A stretch of 63,705 nucleotides of DNA, counting the filler, from Chrysochromulina tobinii (lineage: Eukaryota): the NCBI GenBank assembly GCA_001275005.1. It is 6 parts of 6 records of this genome, joined end to end, with 100 filler letters (N's around TTAATTAATTAA, not from the genome) between each part and the next. Parts side by side here need not be neighbours in the genome. Positions count along the whole stretch, not along the records: positions 37,173 to 60,611 come from JWZX01001181.1; positions 60,712 to 63,705 come from JWZX01001189.1; 4 more parts are not named here. One strand, 5' to 3'. The number at the start of each line of letters is the position of its first letter. Position 1 is the stretch's first letter. Both the position numbers and the translations under genes were made by a program. Of the stretch, positions 52,113 to 63,705 are shown in pieces. Under the pieces are notes generated by a model. That model searched no databases. It had not been told where the DNA came from and saw only the letters and a list, made by a program, of their open reading frames with translations.

Positions 52113-55100
52113 TTACCGCCATCGCGTCTCCGGCGGCTTTTCTACTCCGACGCCCATGTGCTGCTTGAGCAGGTGGCGCACCTTGCCGTGAAGGAACGTG
52201 GTGTGCTCCTGATCGGTCGCCTTGCTCGCCGCCTGGAGCGAGTCGAGCTTGTCGAGCAGCGACGCGTTCGCCTTCTGCGTCGCTCGGAGCTCGTCGCTCA
52301 GCTGGCGCTCTGCCTCGAGCACTTCGGCGACCGAGCGCAGCGCCAGCCCATCCTCCTGGGGCTCGTCGTCATACGTGCCCAGCGAGGTCTCGCGCGGCTT
52401 GTCCAAGGAGGCCGCGATCGCGAGCGAGGTGCCGTTGTGCAGCTCCTCGAGCCGGCGCGCGTGGATCGACTCGGCTGCATGCTCGCGCAGCTTGCGCATC
52501 GAGATGACCAGCCGAAGCTCATCAAGCAGCCGATGGACGTCGGCCTCGGCCTCTCGACGATTCTGCTCAACCTTCGCCTTGTTCGGCTGGGGGAACTTGG
52601 ACGGGCTCGCGCCGCCACCGGAGTGCTGCTGCTCGGCCAGCTTGTCGGCGGCGGGCTGCAGGTCGTGTGCGGCCGTCTCCCACTGGCGCTCGTACGCCTG
52701 CGCCGTCTTGAGCGCTTGCTCCTTGGCCTCCGTGAGGTCGACCGCGAGGACCTCCTCGAGCCGCTCCTCGATCTCGGCGATCTCGGCTTGGAGATCGTCG
52801 CTCAGCTCGGCAAGCTCGCGCTCCATGGCCACGCGCGCGCCCTCCTCGCTCGCGTGCAGCCCAAGACGCGCCGTGCTGAGCGCCACTCGCAGCGCCGCCT
52901 CCTCATCTGGGGCAGCGCCCTCCCCAACAATGGACTGGGCGGCCGCTTCGGATTGCACCAGCTCGATCTGCGCGGCGTTCTCGACGAGGGCGCTCGAGAG
53001 TTGCGCCTCCGCGTGCGCCACGAGCACACGATGGTGCGCCGCCGCGTCGCCGCGCCCAGCGCCGCCGCCAAGCCCGCCGCCGCCGCCGTCGCCGAGCTGC
53101 TGCAGGTACGGCGGCGGCGCCTCGGCCATTGCACGCTCGAGTTTGCGGCACGCATCGTCCGCTTCGCGTGTGAGTGTGACGCTCGCAAGCAGGCTTCGCT
53201 CGACGAGCTGCACGTCCGACGCGTCGCCGCCCACGGGTGGCAGTGGGAAGCGGCTGGGCAGGTGCGGCGGCCGCTGGCGGAGCAGCACGAGCATCAGCGC
53301 GTGACGTTCGGCCTCCAGGAGCTGAAGCACGCATCGTGCGGCCGCCTCGGACCCCTTCGTCCTCACCACTGCCGCGCCATCCTTGGCAACGGCCGCAAGG
53401 AAAACCTTGGCCGTTGCGAGCGCCTCCTCCGACTGGCGCAGCCGTTCCGCGCCGGGCACTAGTTTGCGCGTGGGCGGCGGCGGCGGCGGCGGCGCACTGG
53501 CGGAGCCGGGGCGGCCGCCGACATTCCCACCATTCCCACCATTCCCAGAGTCGTCGCTAGCGGGGGCGTTGGTCGCGAGGCGGGGGAGCAGGGAGAGCCA
53601 CGGCACCCAAGCGAGGCGAGGTTTCGCACGGCGCACGGCCTCGCGCAGCTCAATGAGCTCGTGGGACGTACGCACCACCGCCGACCACACGCCGAGGGTG
53701 GGCAGCAGCGCCGGGCGCTTTCGCAGCTCGTGCGCGCAGATGGGCGGCACGTCTAGACTCGATTCGCCCGCGCCAGCGCCTTCCTTGTCACCCTCCTTAC
53801 TGCGCATGTACGCTCGCTGTTCGACCACCGCGGCTACGGCGGCGGCCTCCACCCAGGGCGCAACCGGCTCCTTCTTGAGTGTCTTGCGCGCCATCGCCGC
53901 CTCCCGCACCGCCTCATCCGCCATGGGCTCAATCTTGGGCGCGAGCGGCGGCGGCAGCGCGAGCGGCTCGGCGATCACCAGGCCTTGCGAGAGCAGCAGG
54001 CAGCGCAGCCTGCCCACGTGCGTGTGCGGGGTCACGTGCGCCACGCCCAGCGCTCCATACGCCCTGGCTGCACTGGCGAGAATCCGATCCTCAAGCCCGC
54101 TGACGGTCTCGTGCAGCGCGAGCGCCACCGCCGCGCAGCCGGCCGCAGCCGCGCGCCGCTCTTCCGCAGAGGGCGCGAGCACGGGTGCGAGCACGGGGGC
54201 GAAGGAAGCAGAGGGCGCCGCGCCGGTGGCTGCGCCGACGGAGGCGGACGAGGCCCCGCCTCGCTCCGCAGTAGGCGCCATGGCGGGCGCGCCGAAGGTG
54301 GCGGCGGCGGTGGCGGCGGCGGCGCTCGCAAGGAGCGTCTCGTCTATGTGCGCGGCGAGCAGCCTCGACAAGAGCGCCGTCTCGAGCTGCAGCGCGAGCG
54401 TCGACGCGCTGTAGCCAGCCTCAAACGAGGACGCGCTTAGGTCCAGGCGAGGGCGCGCGGCCATCACGTCGGTCATGCGCTGCGCGAGGGCCGTTGCGAC
54501 GGTAGGGTCGGTGCAAGCTTCGTACGCCTCGAGGTGACTGAGCACGAGGGCGGCCTGCCGCACGCACACGTACGCGCTAGGGCAGTTGGTATCAGTTGGC
54601 GGGCAGGCGCACGCCAAGTTAGGAAGGCGGCGCTCAGCACGTCGCTCGGACGGCTGGACGTGGCCAAGGCGGGCAGGGAAGACGCGCGCAGCTGCTTCCC
54701 ACGTGTCAGACCACATCGCGTCCGCACGTCGAAGGGACTCGAAGTCCCTTTCGACTCGGCACAGGATTGTTCATATCAGTTCAGAATCGTCATTCGTAGG
54801 GTCCGGAGGGGCGGCCGCAGCCGGGGACAACGTGCAGAGGAGCCGTCAAGAGAGCGGCAACCGGCATGCGGATGCAGCAGCAGGGAGGGGCGCACGCGTG
54901 TCGTGCTCACCTTGGCGCGTTGGAAAGCAACCTCACATCCGAAGCAGCGGCTCACTAGGCGCAGTGCGGACGGGAGCGCCTTCGCTACGGCGAGCCGCTT
55001 CGCCACTTCAGCCTCAGCCTCGGAGCCCCGTAACTTTTTCGATTCGACCACCGAGTTGGCGTCGTACTTGCCGGTGCCGTACACGGCGGCCATGGCGCTG

Positions 55101-56389
55101 TCGTTGCCGTAGTGCGAGCACACGCGCCCCAGCTCGGCGGTGAGCGACTGCAAGTCCGAGAGTGCGGTCATGTGGACGACTCGTGCGCCGCTGCCGTCGC
55201 GCACGAAGACGCTGTTCGTGGGATCCCCGACCTTCTCGATCGCGCCGCCCGCCGCGCCGCCCGCCGCGCCGCCCGCTACGCTGCCCGCCGCGCCGGCGCC
55301 GCCCACGCCGGCACCCGTGGCGGGCGCTGTCGGCTCGTACGAGAACCATTCACGGCCGCCACTGACGACGAGCCGGCGCGAGACGGCGATAGTGGGCAGC
55401 GGCGCGGGGCGCAGCGGCGGCAGGATGGGACATGTGGCGAGCGTGAGCGCAGCAGCGATCTCGACGCCAGCGTCAGCCATCTCGACGCCAGCGTCAGCCA
55501 TCTCAGCTCCTCCCCCCTCGCTCACGCCGCTTATGGCCGCCGCCGCCGACGGCGCGGTCGCCATGGCCGCTGATGCGTCCGGCAGCTGGACACGGGCCGA
55601 TCGGACCGCGCGGGCCGCAGACGAGGGCAGGCCGCCGCTCGCGATCGCCTCCGGATCGAGGCGCGAGCCATCGGGCAGGGGCGGGGGCAACCACCCGGCC
55701 GCCCGGAGCGCGAGCGTGCGCTGTACTGAGCGCAGCACGTTGAGACATTGTCGGAGCTCGCAGTGCAGCTCGTGCGCACAGCTCGCCTGCAGCAGATGCG
55801 CGGCCGCGTGCGCCGTCTCGCTGAGTGCGCTGCCGTCGGTGTCGACCGCTGCAGCCGCAACGACGCCGCTCTCGCGCACCACGTTGCCCAGCGTGCACGC
55901 CGCGCCCATGGCCGCGATCATCGGCGCGGAGGTGAGCTCGAGCTTGGCGAGGGCCGCGTGCTGTGCCTGCTGCCAGCTGGGTACCTTGGGCACGAGCGTG
56001 ACCGCCGTGAGCCAGTGCCAGCGCCGCAGCTGCTCGCCATCAGCCACGCCGATCGATGCCGCGCGCGGGCCGGCGGCCGTCGGCGCCGTCCGCACCTGCT
56101 CGCACACTCTGCGTGCCTCGCGGAGCACGGCGTGGCCGCCGGCGGTGTCGATCTCGACGTCGATGCCAAAGTATGAGCAGAGCGCCCGTAGCTCGCTCGG
56201 CACGCTCGGTTGCGCCGTGCCGGGCGTTACGGCCGGCGTGCGGTGCTCGCTGTCGCGCTCGCGCCTCTCGAGAGCCTCACCCGGGGCGAGCACCTTGACG
56301 ATGCGTGCCTGGTGCGCAGTCACCGCGAGCTGGAGGCGTGTGAGGATGGTGGCGACACATTGCTCGGTGTCCGTGGAGGCGTTTGGCAT
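52113..56389 (-). CDS. Large CCDC162-like coiled-coil protein, 2 exons (intron 54555-54910)
   Basis: Two long ORFs joined in phase 0 by GTGAGC..GGCAG. ALSDLQSLTAELGRVCSHY and LEAYE..D..LAQRMTDVMAARPRLDL recall CCDC162. C-terminal coiled coil. Confidence 0.6.
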
Positions 56390-57080
56390 CGTGACTACGA
56401 AGCGTTTCAATGGCTCTCGAAGTCGTTGACGGGCTCGAAGCTGTTCGCACCCATGAATTCCACACAAAGGTTTGTTTCTCATTCACACACACCAACACGA
56501 CGCCCCAAAGACATACGTTCGCAACACCTATCACGTACAAGTTCGCACATCGTACACTTGCACTCAGTTCACGCCCGACGCTAGTTCGCCTCCGGCGTCG
56601 GGCCAGGCGACGAGTCGATCCGTATGTGAACCGTACTGTACCAAACGCACGGGATCGGGACGTCAAAGTATCTCTGTGGTTCTGTACTTGAAGCATATGC
56701 GCTGGTACGATGCACGCTTGCTCGTGTTTTGTGGTTGGGCAGCGCGGGTAACCGACTCAAGCAAGCAAGCTATTTACATGTCGTCGTAACGTCGAAACAC
56801 ACAAGTACCTAAACCAGCGCAAACGAATACCCCTGTAGCTGCTTGCTTGCTTATTGCTTGTAACCGACGACCGACCCTGCGACCGGATTCGCTACAACGG
56901 TCCCAGAATAACGAGCATGCCTAAAGGAGCTAATTTGCGGCGTCATCATTCATCTCGAATCTGGCGGCTGTACATCCGGCGGCGCTTTGGGTGGTGGGTC
57001 TCCACCTAGGCAACGTGCTTCGCTTTCGATCTCCTCGGCGCCCGCCGCGATCCGCCGCGGTGTTCACCGCCGCCACACCC

Positions 57081-58772
57081 ATGGGCAACACCATGTGCGG
57101 GTCCGGCAAGCGCACGATCGAGGCGGTCGACGTCACGGCAGTCCACGTAGTCGACCGGCGTGGGCCAGTGCCTCAGCCAAGCCGCTGCGCCCGGCAGCCC
57201 TCCTTCCACACGGATGTGATGGACGGCCAGCCGGCGCACGTGACGTCGCTCATCCATGAGCACAGTATAGGCTCGCTCGAGGTCAAGTATGACCTATCGA
57301 GCCGTGTGGTGCTTGGCCGCGGCACCTGCGGCGCGGTCCGTGCCGTGCGCAACCGGATGACGAACGAGCTCTTCGCGATGAAGACGGTCAAGGTCACCGA
57401 CCTGGGCAGCTGGGAGGACGTGCGCAACGAGATCGAGATGCAGAAGAAGCTCGACCACCCGAACATCTGCAAGATCATCGAGTCATTCGAGGATTTGAAC
57501 AAGAGCGAGGTGTACATCATCATGGAGCTGTGCACCGGCGGATCGCTCGTCTCGCGCATGACCACGCACCGCCATGGGTACGGCGAATCGCTCGCGGCGA
57601 CCTTCGTGGAGAAGATGCTCTCGGCGGTGCTGTACTGCCACCACCACGGTGTCGTGCACCGCGACATCAAGCTCGACAACATGATCTACGAGGATGAGCG
57701 CGAGGAGGCCGAGCTCAAGCTCATCGACTTTGGATTTGCCAAGGCGGTCAAGCCCGGTGACGAGGTGATGTTCGACCACATTGGCACGCCGTCGTACATG
57801 GCGCCCGAGCTGTGGACGGAGCGGCAGCTGCCCTACGACTCGTCAGTCGATATGTGGGCGCTCGGTGTCGCCACTTACATGCTCCTTAGCGGCCAGCGCC
57901 CCTTCCACCACGAGGACGCGGACGAGAAGGCTCGGATGATCAGCGAGGACCCCCTGTGCTTTCCCAACGAGCACTGGGGGCACATCTCGCCCGACGCGCG
58001 CGACTTTTGCGCCGCACTCATGCGCAAGAACCCCCAGGATCGCCTGGGCGCGTCCGAGGCCGTCAAGCACCGGTGGATCACGACAATGTCCAAGCTGCAC
58101 CAGGGCGACGAGCCCGCCGTCGCGCTCGACAAGCACCAGGACGCGGTGGACTCGATGCTCGACTTCGCCGAGGCCGACGATTTGAAGAGACTGGCCCTCG
58201 AGGTCATCGCCTTCTCGACGCCGCCCTGCAAGCTCGAGGATCTGCGCAAGCTCTTCCAGTCGATGGATACGGACGACTCAGGCACACTCTCGTTTGACGA
58301 GTTCCGCGCCGCGTGGGCGCACCACCCCGAGATCTCCCTCGAGCAGCTGCACGAGCTCTTTGACAAGATCGACTTGGCGCACAACGGCGAGGTCAACTAC
58401 ACCGATTTCCTCGCGGCGACGGTCTCGTCCCAGAAGAATATTTGCTTCCCCTCCTCGATCAATATGGCGTTCAACTCTCTGGACAAGGATGGCGATGGCT
58501 ACATCACGAGGAAGGACCTGCACATGGCCCTCGAGGGCATCGGCGAGGCGTCGCTCGATAAGTACCTCGCGCACGCCGACGCCGAGGGGCGCGTCTCCTT
58601 GGACGCGTTCAACGAATACACCTCGTCCGCGTCGGAGACGAACGACACGTCCGTTCACGGGGGAGGTTACAGCGGCCCCCCCACGGTGGGCATGTCGCGA
58701 TCCGTGTCCGGAGCGAGCCTGCCGCGGTCCGTGTCCGGAACGAGTTTACGCAGTAATGCGTCGCACAATTAG
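57081..58772 (+). CDS. CDPK: Calcium-dependent protein kinase with N-myristoylation motif
   Basis: MGNTMCG, GRGTCG, FAMK, HRDIKLDN, DFG and APE, followed by a junction and EF hands (fourth degenerate). Confidence 0.93.
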   Translation: MGNTMCGSGKRTIEAVDVTAVHVVDRRGPVPQPSRCARQPSFHTDVMDGQPAHVTSLIHEHSIGSLEVKYDLSSRVVLGRGTCGAVRAVRNRMTNELFAMKTVKVTDLGSWEDVRNEIEMQKKLDHPNICKIIESFEDLNKSEVYIIMELCTGGSLVSRMTTHRHGYGESLAATFVEKMLSAVLYCHHHGVVHRDIKLDNMIYEDEREEAELKLIDFGFAKAVKPGDEVMFDHIGTPSYMAPELWTERQLPYDSSVDMWALGVATYMLLSGQRPFHHEDADEKARMISEDPLCFPNEHWGHISPDARDFCAALMRKNPQDRLGASEAVKHRWITTMSKLHQGDEPAVALDKHQDAVDSMLDFAEADDLKRLALEVIAFSTPPCKLEDLRKLFQSMDTDDSGTLSFDEFRAAWAHHPEISLEQLHELFDKIDLAHNGEVNYTDFLAATVSSQKNICFPSSINMAFNSLDKDGDGYITRKDLHMALEGIGEASLDKYLAHADAEGRVSLDAFNEYTSSASETNDTSVHGGGYSGPPTVGMSRSVSGASLPRSVSGTSLRSNASHN

Positions 58773-59455
58773 GATGCCGACGAGTTGTGCAGCAGCAGTC
58801 ATGCAGCAGCGCTGCCTGCCGTGGTCGAGTGATCAGCGGAGGCCGGAGCGACTTCCTCCCGCATAACCAACCGGGGAATACATACTCGACAGGGCGGTGC
58901 GACGGCCCAGGCCGGACGGTCGAGGTTTCACGCGGTTAGCAAACACCTCCAACAGTGACTCGTGTGCGGTGTGTACAAGGGCGAAAGAGCCCGTCGAGAG
59001 TGACCCCTCCGGACGGAGCGAGAGGCGACGACAGCCGCGGTTAGCGCATAGGTGGATCTTCTAGGCGATCCGATCGCGTCGACGTCGAGGAACGTGTACT
59101 CATTTACATTCCGGACCGCGTCGTCCGATAGCGTTCAAATATCTCTAGTACTCGGATCTCGGTACCCCGGTACGACGCTGCCTCCGGCGCGCGCGACGGA
59201 ACGTTGGAGTTTGAGACCCGACCGCGCGCGTCCGCGGACCGCGCGACGGCCGCTCGCACCCGCATGCGGCGAGCCCCGACGCACGACGTGTCCATTGGGC
59301 ACGTCGAGGAGCGACGCGCGCGTATGACCCGACCCTGGGGCCACCTGTCCCACCCGCCTTACATTCGTCCTCACCTTACAATCGTCCTCACCGACCGTAG
59401 CCCGAGCGAGCGCCGGCGGACGCCAGGGCGGAGCGCTATAGAGCGCTCCCTGTTT

Positions 59456-60611
59456 CTAGCGCCCTTTCTTATTATTTTTGCTGCCAGCGGCGGGCCTCGC
59501 CTGGCCTGCTGCCGACGTACCGAATGTCGAACCGAATAGATTGTTCGCCGGCGCGCCGTTTCCCATGCCCCCAAAAGGGCCTAAGCCGCCAGCGGCGGGC
59601 GGAGCGGCGCCGAACGCCGACGGCAATGCGCCAGCGGCCGCGGGCGCGCTCCCATAGCCGAACGGGGCGGCAGGTGCGGCCGCGGGGGCAGCACCAAATG
59701 CGCCCCCAAAGCCGCCCCCTCCGAACGGGTTTGCGCCGGGCGCAGGGGGGAAAAGGCTGCCCCCTGCCGGTGGTGCGCCGCCGAACAGGCCCGCGCCCGC
59801 CGCCGCCGGCGGCAGCGCTGCCGGCGCAGGCGCCGGATCTTGCGGCGGGAGCGCGGCTGGCATGGGCGGATCCGCTGGCCTGTACTTGTCGCGCACCTGG
59901 CGCCGTCGGGCTTCGTCAAACGGGTCGCGGCCGAGGCCGTTGCGCAGCGTGCGCCGGTGGCCCTCGACGTGCCTGTGCTGCCTGTCCACGTGCGCGGCGG
60001 CACGCTCGAGCAGCGTGTTCTGATGGGCCAGCAGCTGCTCGAGCCGGTGAGTCTCCATCGGTGGCGAAGCTTTCGTCATGATCGCGCCGTCCAGATCGTG
60101 CAGGGCCTTCTTCAGAGCAGGGACCTCTTGCTCCATGCGCTCGAGCCTCGCGTTGAAGAACTGCGACGGGAAGGCCACCCCCCGTCCAAAGGCGCCCTGC
60201 GAGTCGAAACGGGTCGTAAAGTCGCTCTGGGCCGCACGTGCGTCGCGCAGAGTCGCTTCCACGTCGGCTCGGAAGCTATCAAGCTTCGCCTCGTCGAAGC
60301 GAAGCTCGGCGGCGGCGATCGCAGTGTCGCGTTCGAGCGCGTCCGCGAGCCGCACGCAGTCAGAGAGTTGGCCGCCGTCCTCCTCGAACTCTCTACCTTT
60401 TCTATCCCACTTGTGAATGATCACTTCCAGATCCTTCAGCCACTTTTGGCAAGCCTCGGGCTGCTCATCGAAGTTGGCGTTCAGCCGGATGCCTTTAGGC
60501 GCGGCGGCAGCGGCGGGTGCCCCCGCCGCGCCAAAGAGTCCGCCGCCGCCGGCCGGGGCGCCAAATGCGGGAGCCGCGCCGCCGCCGAACAGGCCGCCGG
60601 CCGCCGCAGGG
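59456..60611 (-). CDS. FG-nucleoporin, Nup58/Nup49-like (5' end lost in gap)
   Basis: GLFG/FG repeats on both sides of a coiled coil containing PSQFF, and a basic C-terminus. The frame is open to the gap. Confidence 0.7.
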
Positions 60612-60711
60612 NNNNNNNNNNNNNNNNNNNNNNNNNNNNNNNNNNNNNNNNNNNNTTAATTAATTAANNNNNNNNNNNNNNNNNNNNNNNNNNNNNNNNN
60701 NNNNNNNNNNN
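60612..60711. other. Artificial contig linker
   Basis: N-run + TTAATTAATTAA + N-run. Confidence 0.97.
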
Positions 60712-62879
60712 CAGGGAGTCTCGAAACACCCTCTGGACACCTCCTGGGCAAAAAAAAGCGTCATTTCCTCAGCGGTCCGACCTGACCTTAGAACCGCTCG
60801 CTAGTACCTCGAGAAGTCAGTGCACAGTGCGCATCCCTCTCTGTAATGGCTCTGAGACGTCATACTGTAATAACGTCATAATTACAACCCAAATATGGGT
60901 AAAAACTACAACCCAAATATGGATTTTCCCCTTCGCCTGCGGCGCGCTTCAAAAAATGAAACTTCTGCTTGGTGGCCGACCTGATCTTAGAATCACTCTG
61001 CAGTGTGCGCCATACGTCGACCACTCTTTATCTTAGGATCTCACACCACTCCATAAGATATACACTACTGAGAACAGGCGAGATAATGTGTTTTGGAGCT
61101 CGAATTGTTGAGCTGTGTGGCCAAATGGTTCGCGGGTCGATATTCGAGGCGAAGCCGGATTTCGATGCACATCTCCAAAGATCGCGAGACAGCACATATC
61201 TGGAGGGCCATGGATCGAGTCTAGGGACTATATGGACTCATACAACACAGAGAATCACGCCATTCAAGGTCGCTCTGCATGGCACTAGTACCAGAATGCG
61301 ACCAAAACGCGACCTCACAGGCCGTACTCGGGGTCACACTGTGACATCTGAGTGGCGACAGTGACTTGGGATGGCGTGATTCACGGTGTTGTATGACTCC
61401 ATATAGTCCCTAGACTCGATCCATGGCCCTCTAGCTATGTGCTGTCTCGCGATCTTTGGAAATGTGCATCGAAATTGACCTTAAACGATAAGTAGGTCGA
61501 CATTCGAGCCGAAGCCGGATTTCGATGCACATCTCCAAAGATCTCGAGACAGCACATATCTTGAGGGCCATGGATCGAGTCTAGGGACTATATGGACTCA
61601 TACAACACAGAGAATCACGCCATCACAAGTCACTCTGCTTGGCCAAGTACCGAAATGCGACCAAGACGCGACCTCACAGGCCGTACTCGGGGTCACACTG
61701 TGACATCTGAGTGGCGACAGTGACTTGTAATGGCGTGATTCTCTGTGTTGTATGAGTCCATATAGTCCCTAGACTCGATCCATGGCCCTCCAGATATGTG
61801 CTGTCTCGCGATCTTTGGAGATGTGCATCGAAATTCGACTTCGCCTCGAATTTCGACCCGTGAACTGTTTGGCCACACAGCTCAACAATTCGAGCTCCAA
61901 AACACATTCTCTCGCCTGTTCTCAGTAGTGTATATCTTATGGAGTGGTGTGAGATCCTAAGATAAAGAGTGGTCGACGTATGGCGCACACTGCAGTACGG
62001 AAACCTACTTCATGCACACGAGATGCCCTGTACGACACACGCGAGCATGCACAGTGCTCCCCTACGCAAGAAGAGTGATGCTCTCCGATCATCAGCCCGG
62101 TCGGGATATTTCATGAGGCGACTCCGGCATGCCGTGAGCCGCCCATGCGACGCTATCTGCGCTGTCCTGGAGCCATCTGCTGTCCTGCGCGTCGTGCGCT
62201 GAGGGCGGTTCTGCAGCCACATCCGATTCTGCGATGAGCTGATCGCCGACGCGTTGAGCCCACTGCCCCGAGAATGCGGCGCCTCAGCCCGCCTGCTGGC
62301 TGCGGCGGATGCTCCGTGGGCGGCAAGCCTGGCAGATGCCTTCGGGTGCGACACCATTGCCTTCGTGCTGTTCCCAGAGGCCGCAGCACCGGCCTCGGCG
62401 TCGCCGGCTTCGCGATTCGCTCTCAACTTAGTCGGCATCGACCACGGCCGTCGCCTCGAAGTCCAAACGGGCCGATCCGAGCGCGAATGAAGCCGCCAGG
62501 GAGCCCGACAGCGACGCGCACAAAGGCCCAGCCTCGAGCGGTACCGCTCGAGGCTTGCGGAATGGGGGCGTGGGGTGGGCCTTTAAAACACGTCAGTCGG
62601 GTGCTACGGCACTGTTACAATAGTACTGCCCGCGTGTTGAAAGGTGCGAAAGTGCCACGAAGGCGCGTGGGCATCCTCGCGAAATAGATCAGGGGGATGA
62701 ACCAGAGAGAGAGAGAGAGAAAAATAACAGGCGATCGCGAGAACAAGAGAGTTTTGAGAACAAGAGAGCTGAATTGTTTTCCTGAAAGCAAGAGCGGTTC
62801 TAAGGTCAGGTCGGACCGCTGAGGAAATGACGCTTTTTTTTGCCCAGGAGGTGTCCAGAGGGTGTTTCGAGACTCCCTG
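60712..62879. mobile_element. Non-autonomous TIR element of about 2.17 kb with perfect 88-bp terminal inverted repeats
   Basis: 60712-60799 is the exact reverse complement of 62792-62879 (CAGGGAGTCTCG...CGAGACTCCCTG). No transposase ORF. The TSD cannot be tested because the left flank is in the gap. Confidence 0.8.
60998..61995. repeat. Nested palindrome of about 1 kb containing a 360-bp direct repeat
   Basis: Outer arms about 60998-61265 and 61730-61995 are inverted. A core of about 110 bp occurs four times in alternating orientation (about 61159+, 61370-, 61519+, 61730-). Confidence 0.92.
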
Positions 62880-63705
62880 GGGTTAGTACGGGGCCCCCGG
62901 AGGCGCGGGGGGGCGAAAACAATTTACGTGTTCAAAACGACGCGATCGTGGAACGAAGGCGCTTCGTCACTAGGCGGATCGTGGAACGAAGGCCGTCATG
63001 CCGGAGCGCCGGAGCTCACGCTCGTTCGCGTGGCTGATAAGGAGGCGCTGGACAAGTACGCCACGGCTCGCACAGCTGCCAGGGCTCGCGTCAACTACCA
63101 ACTTAAGGGGATTCTGTCGCAGCTGACACGTGTTTTGACCAGGTTGGAAGGATGGACTGTTGGCAGCACGGGTGTCGCGGAACCAATGCTCATGACCAGC
63201 AAATGCGGCAAAAGACGAGATGAATGGCGATGATGAGGCGTGGAGCGCCGACGCTGCGATGGCGCGCATTGACGCGGGCGTCAAGCGCAGCTGGTTGGCG
63301 ACGTGGGAGGAGGGCGAGGACGAGGATCTAATTGAGAGCGATGGCGAGGACGCTGACGAGGCAGAGGAGGAGGCTGATGGTTGCCGCAGCCGATCGAAGC
63401 GCAGGCGGTTGGTGGCGAGAATGCTCAGCGCTGTCACTGATGCTGTGAGTCGAGACCATCGACGTCATCGTCGGTCCACACAAATCTGAGTCTTATATGG
63501 TCTTATCATGACTCTCTTATCAATATCATGCACCGATTCAGAATTAACATACATGAAGACTTCAGATTAACAAATGCTTTGACCATAATGCCCACGAGAA
63601 GTTTCTGTAGGTCACAGCAGTCTCTTTACGTCACAACATTCGAGAAATTGTGACGCATGATCTTGAGGTGCGATAAGTCCCCAAGGATGCGATCGTGCAT
63701 GCCAT

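Noticed and set aside
52107..56429. Long plus-strand ORFs opposite the CCDC162-like gene
   Set aside because: Antisense shadows typical of high-GC3 coding DNA.
14116..60711. Five identical TTAATTAATTAA motifs within N runs
   Set aside because: These are scaffolding linkers with stops in all frames. They are not biological, and gene neighbourhoods across them were not interpreted.
62862..63489. Short ORFs right of the TIR element
   Set aside because: No transposase or other recognisable motifs, so there is insufficient support.

Overview
GC-rich, gene-dense eukaryotic DNA, most likely a haptophyte alga of the Chrysochromulina type (inferred from gene families and intron style). Six contigs are joined by artificial N-TTAATTAATTAA-N linkers, so synteny across linkers is not real. 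About 28 protein-coding genes can be supported. They include a two-domain ADP-ribosyltransferase, SGNH hydrolase, sulfotransferase, Pif1 helicase with RPA-binding and PBZ motifs, 2OG dioxygenases, OTU deubiquitinase, ERG4/ERG24 sterol reductase, HET-like protein, copper-monooxygenase-like protein, Skp1/F-box/LRR fusion, EF-hand metacaspase, NSE3/MAGE, TRIC channel, CCDC162-like protein, CDPK and a Nup58-like nucleoporin. There is also a non-LTR retrotransposon fragment and a 2.17-kb element with perfect 88-bp TIRs around a 1-kb nested palindrome. The main signal is a recurring intron architecture in at least six unrelated genes. These introns carry a 20-30 nt duplicate of the adjacent exon edge, which in most cases supplies one splice site. 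The filler is always in sense orientation and is either a decamer array (CTCTGATGAC/CTCTGATTGC) or a shared GCATGCAAGTG..ACCACGGCGCC..TTCCCCACAG cassette. This looks like an intron-generating system with long, variable target-site duplications. All intron calls come from splice motifs and frame restoration; no RNA data or database searches were available.
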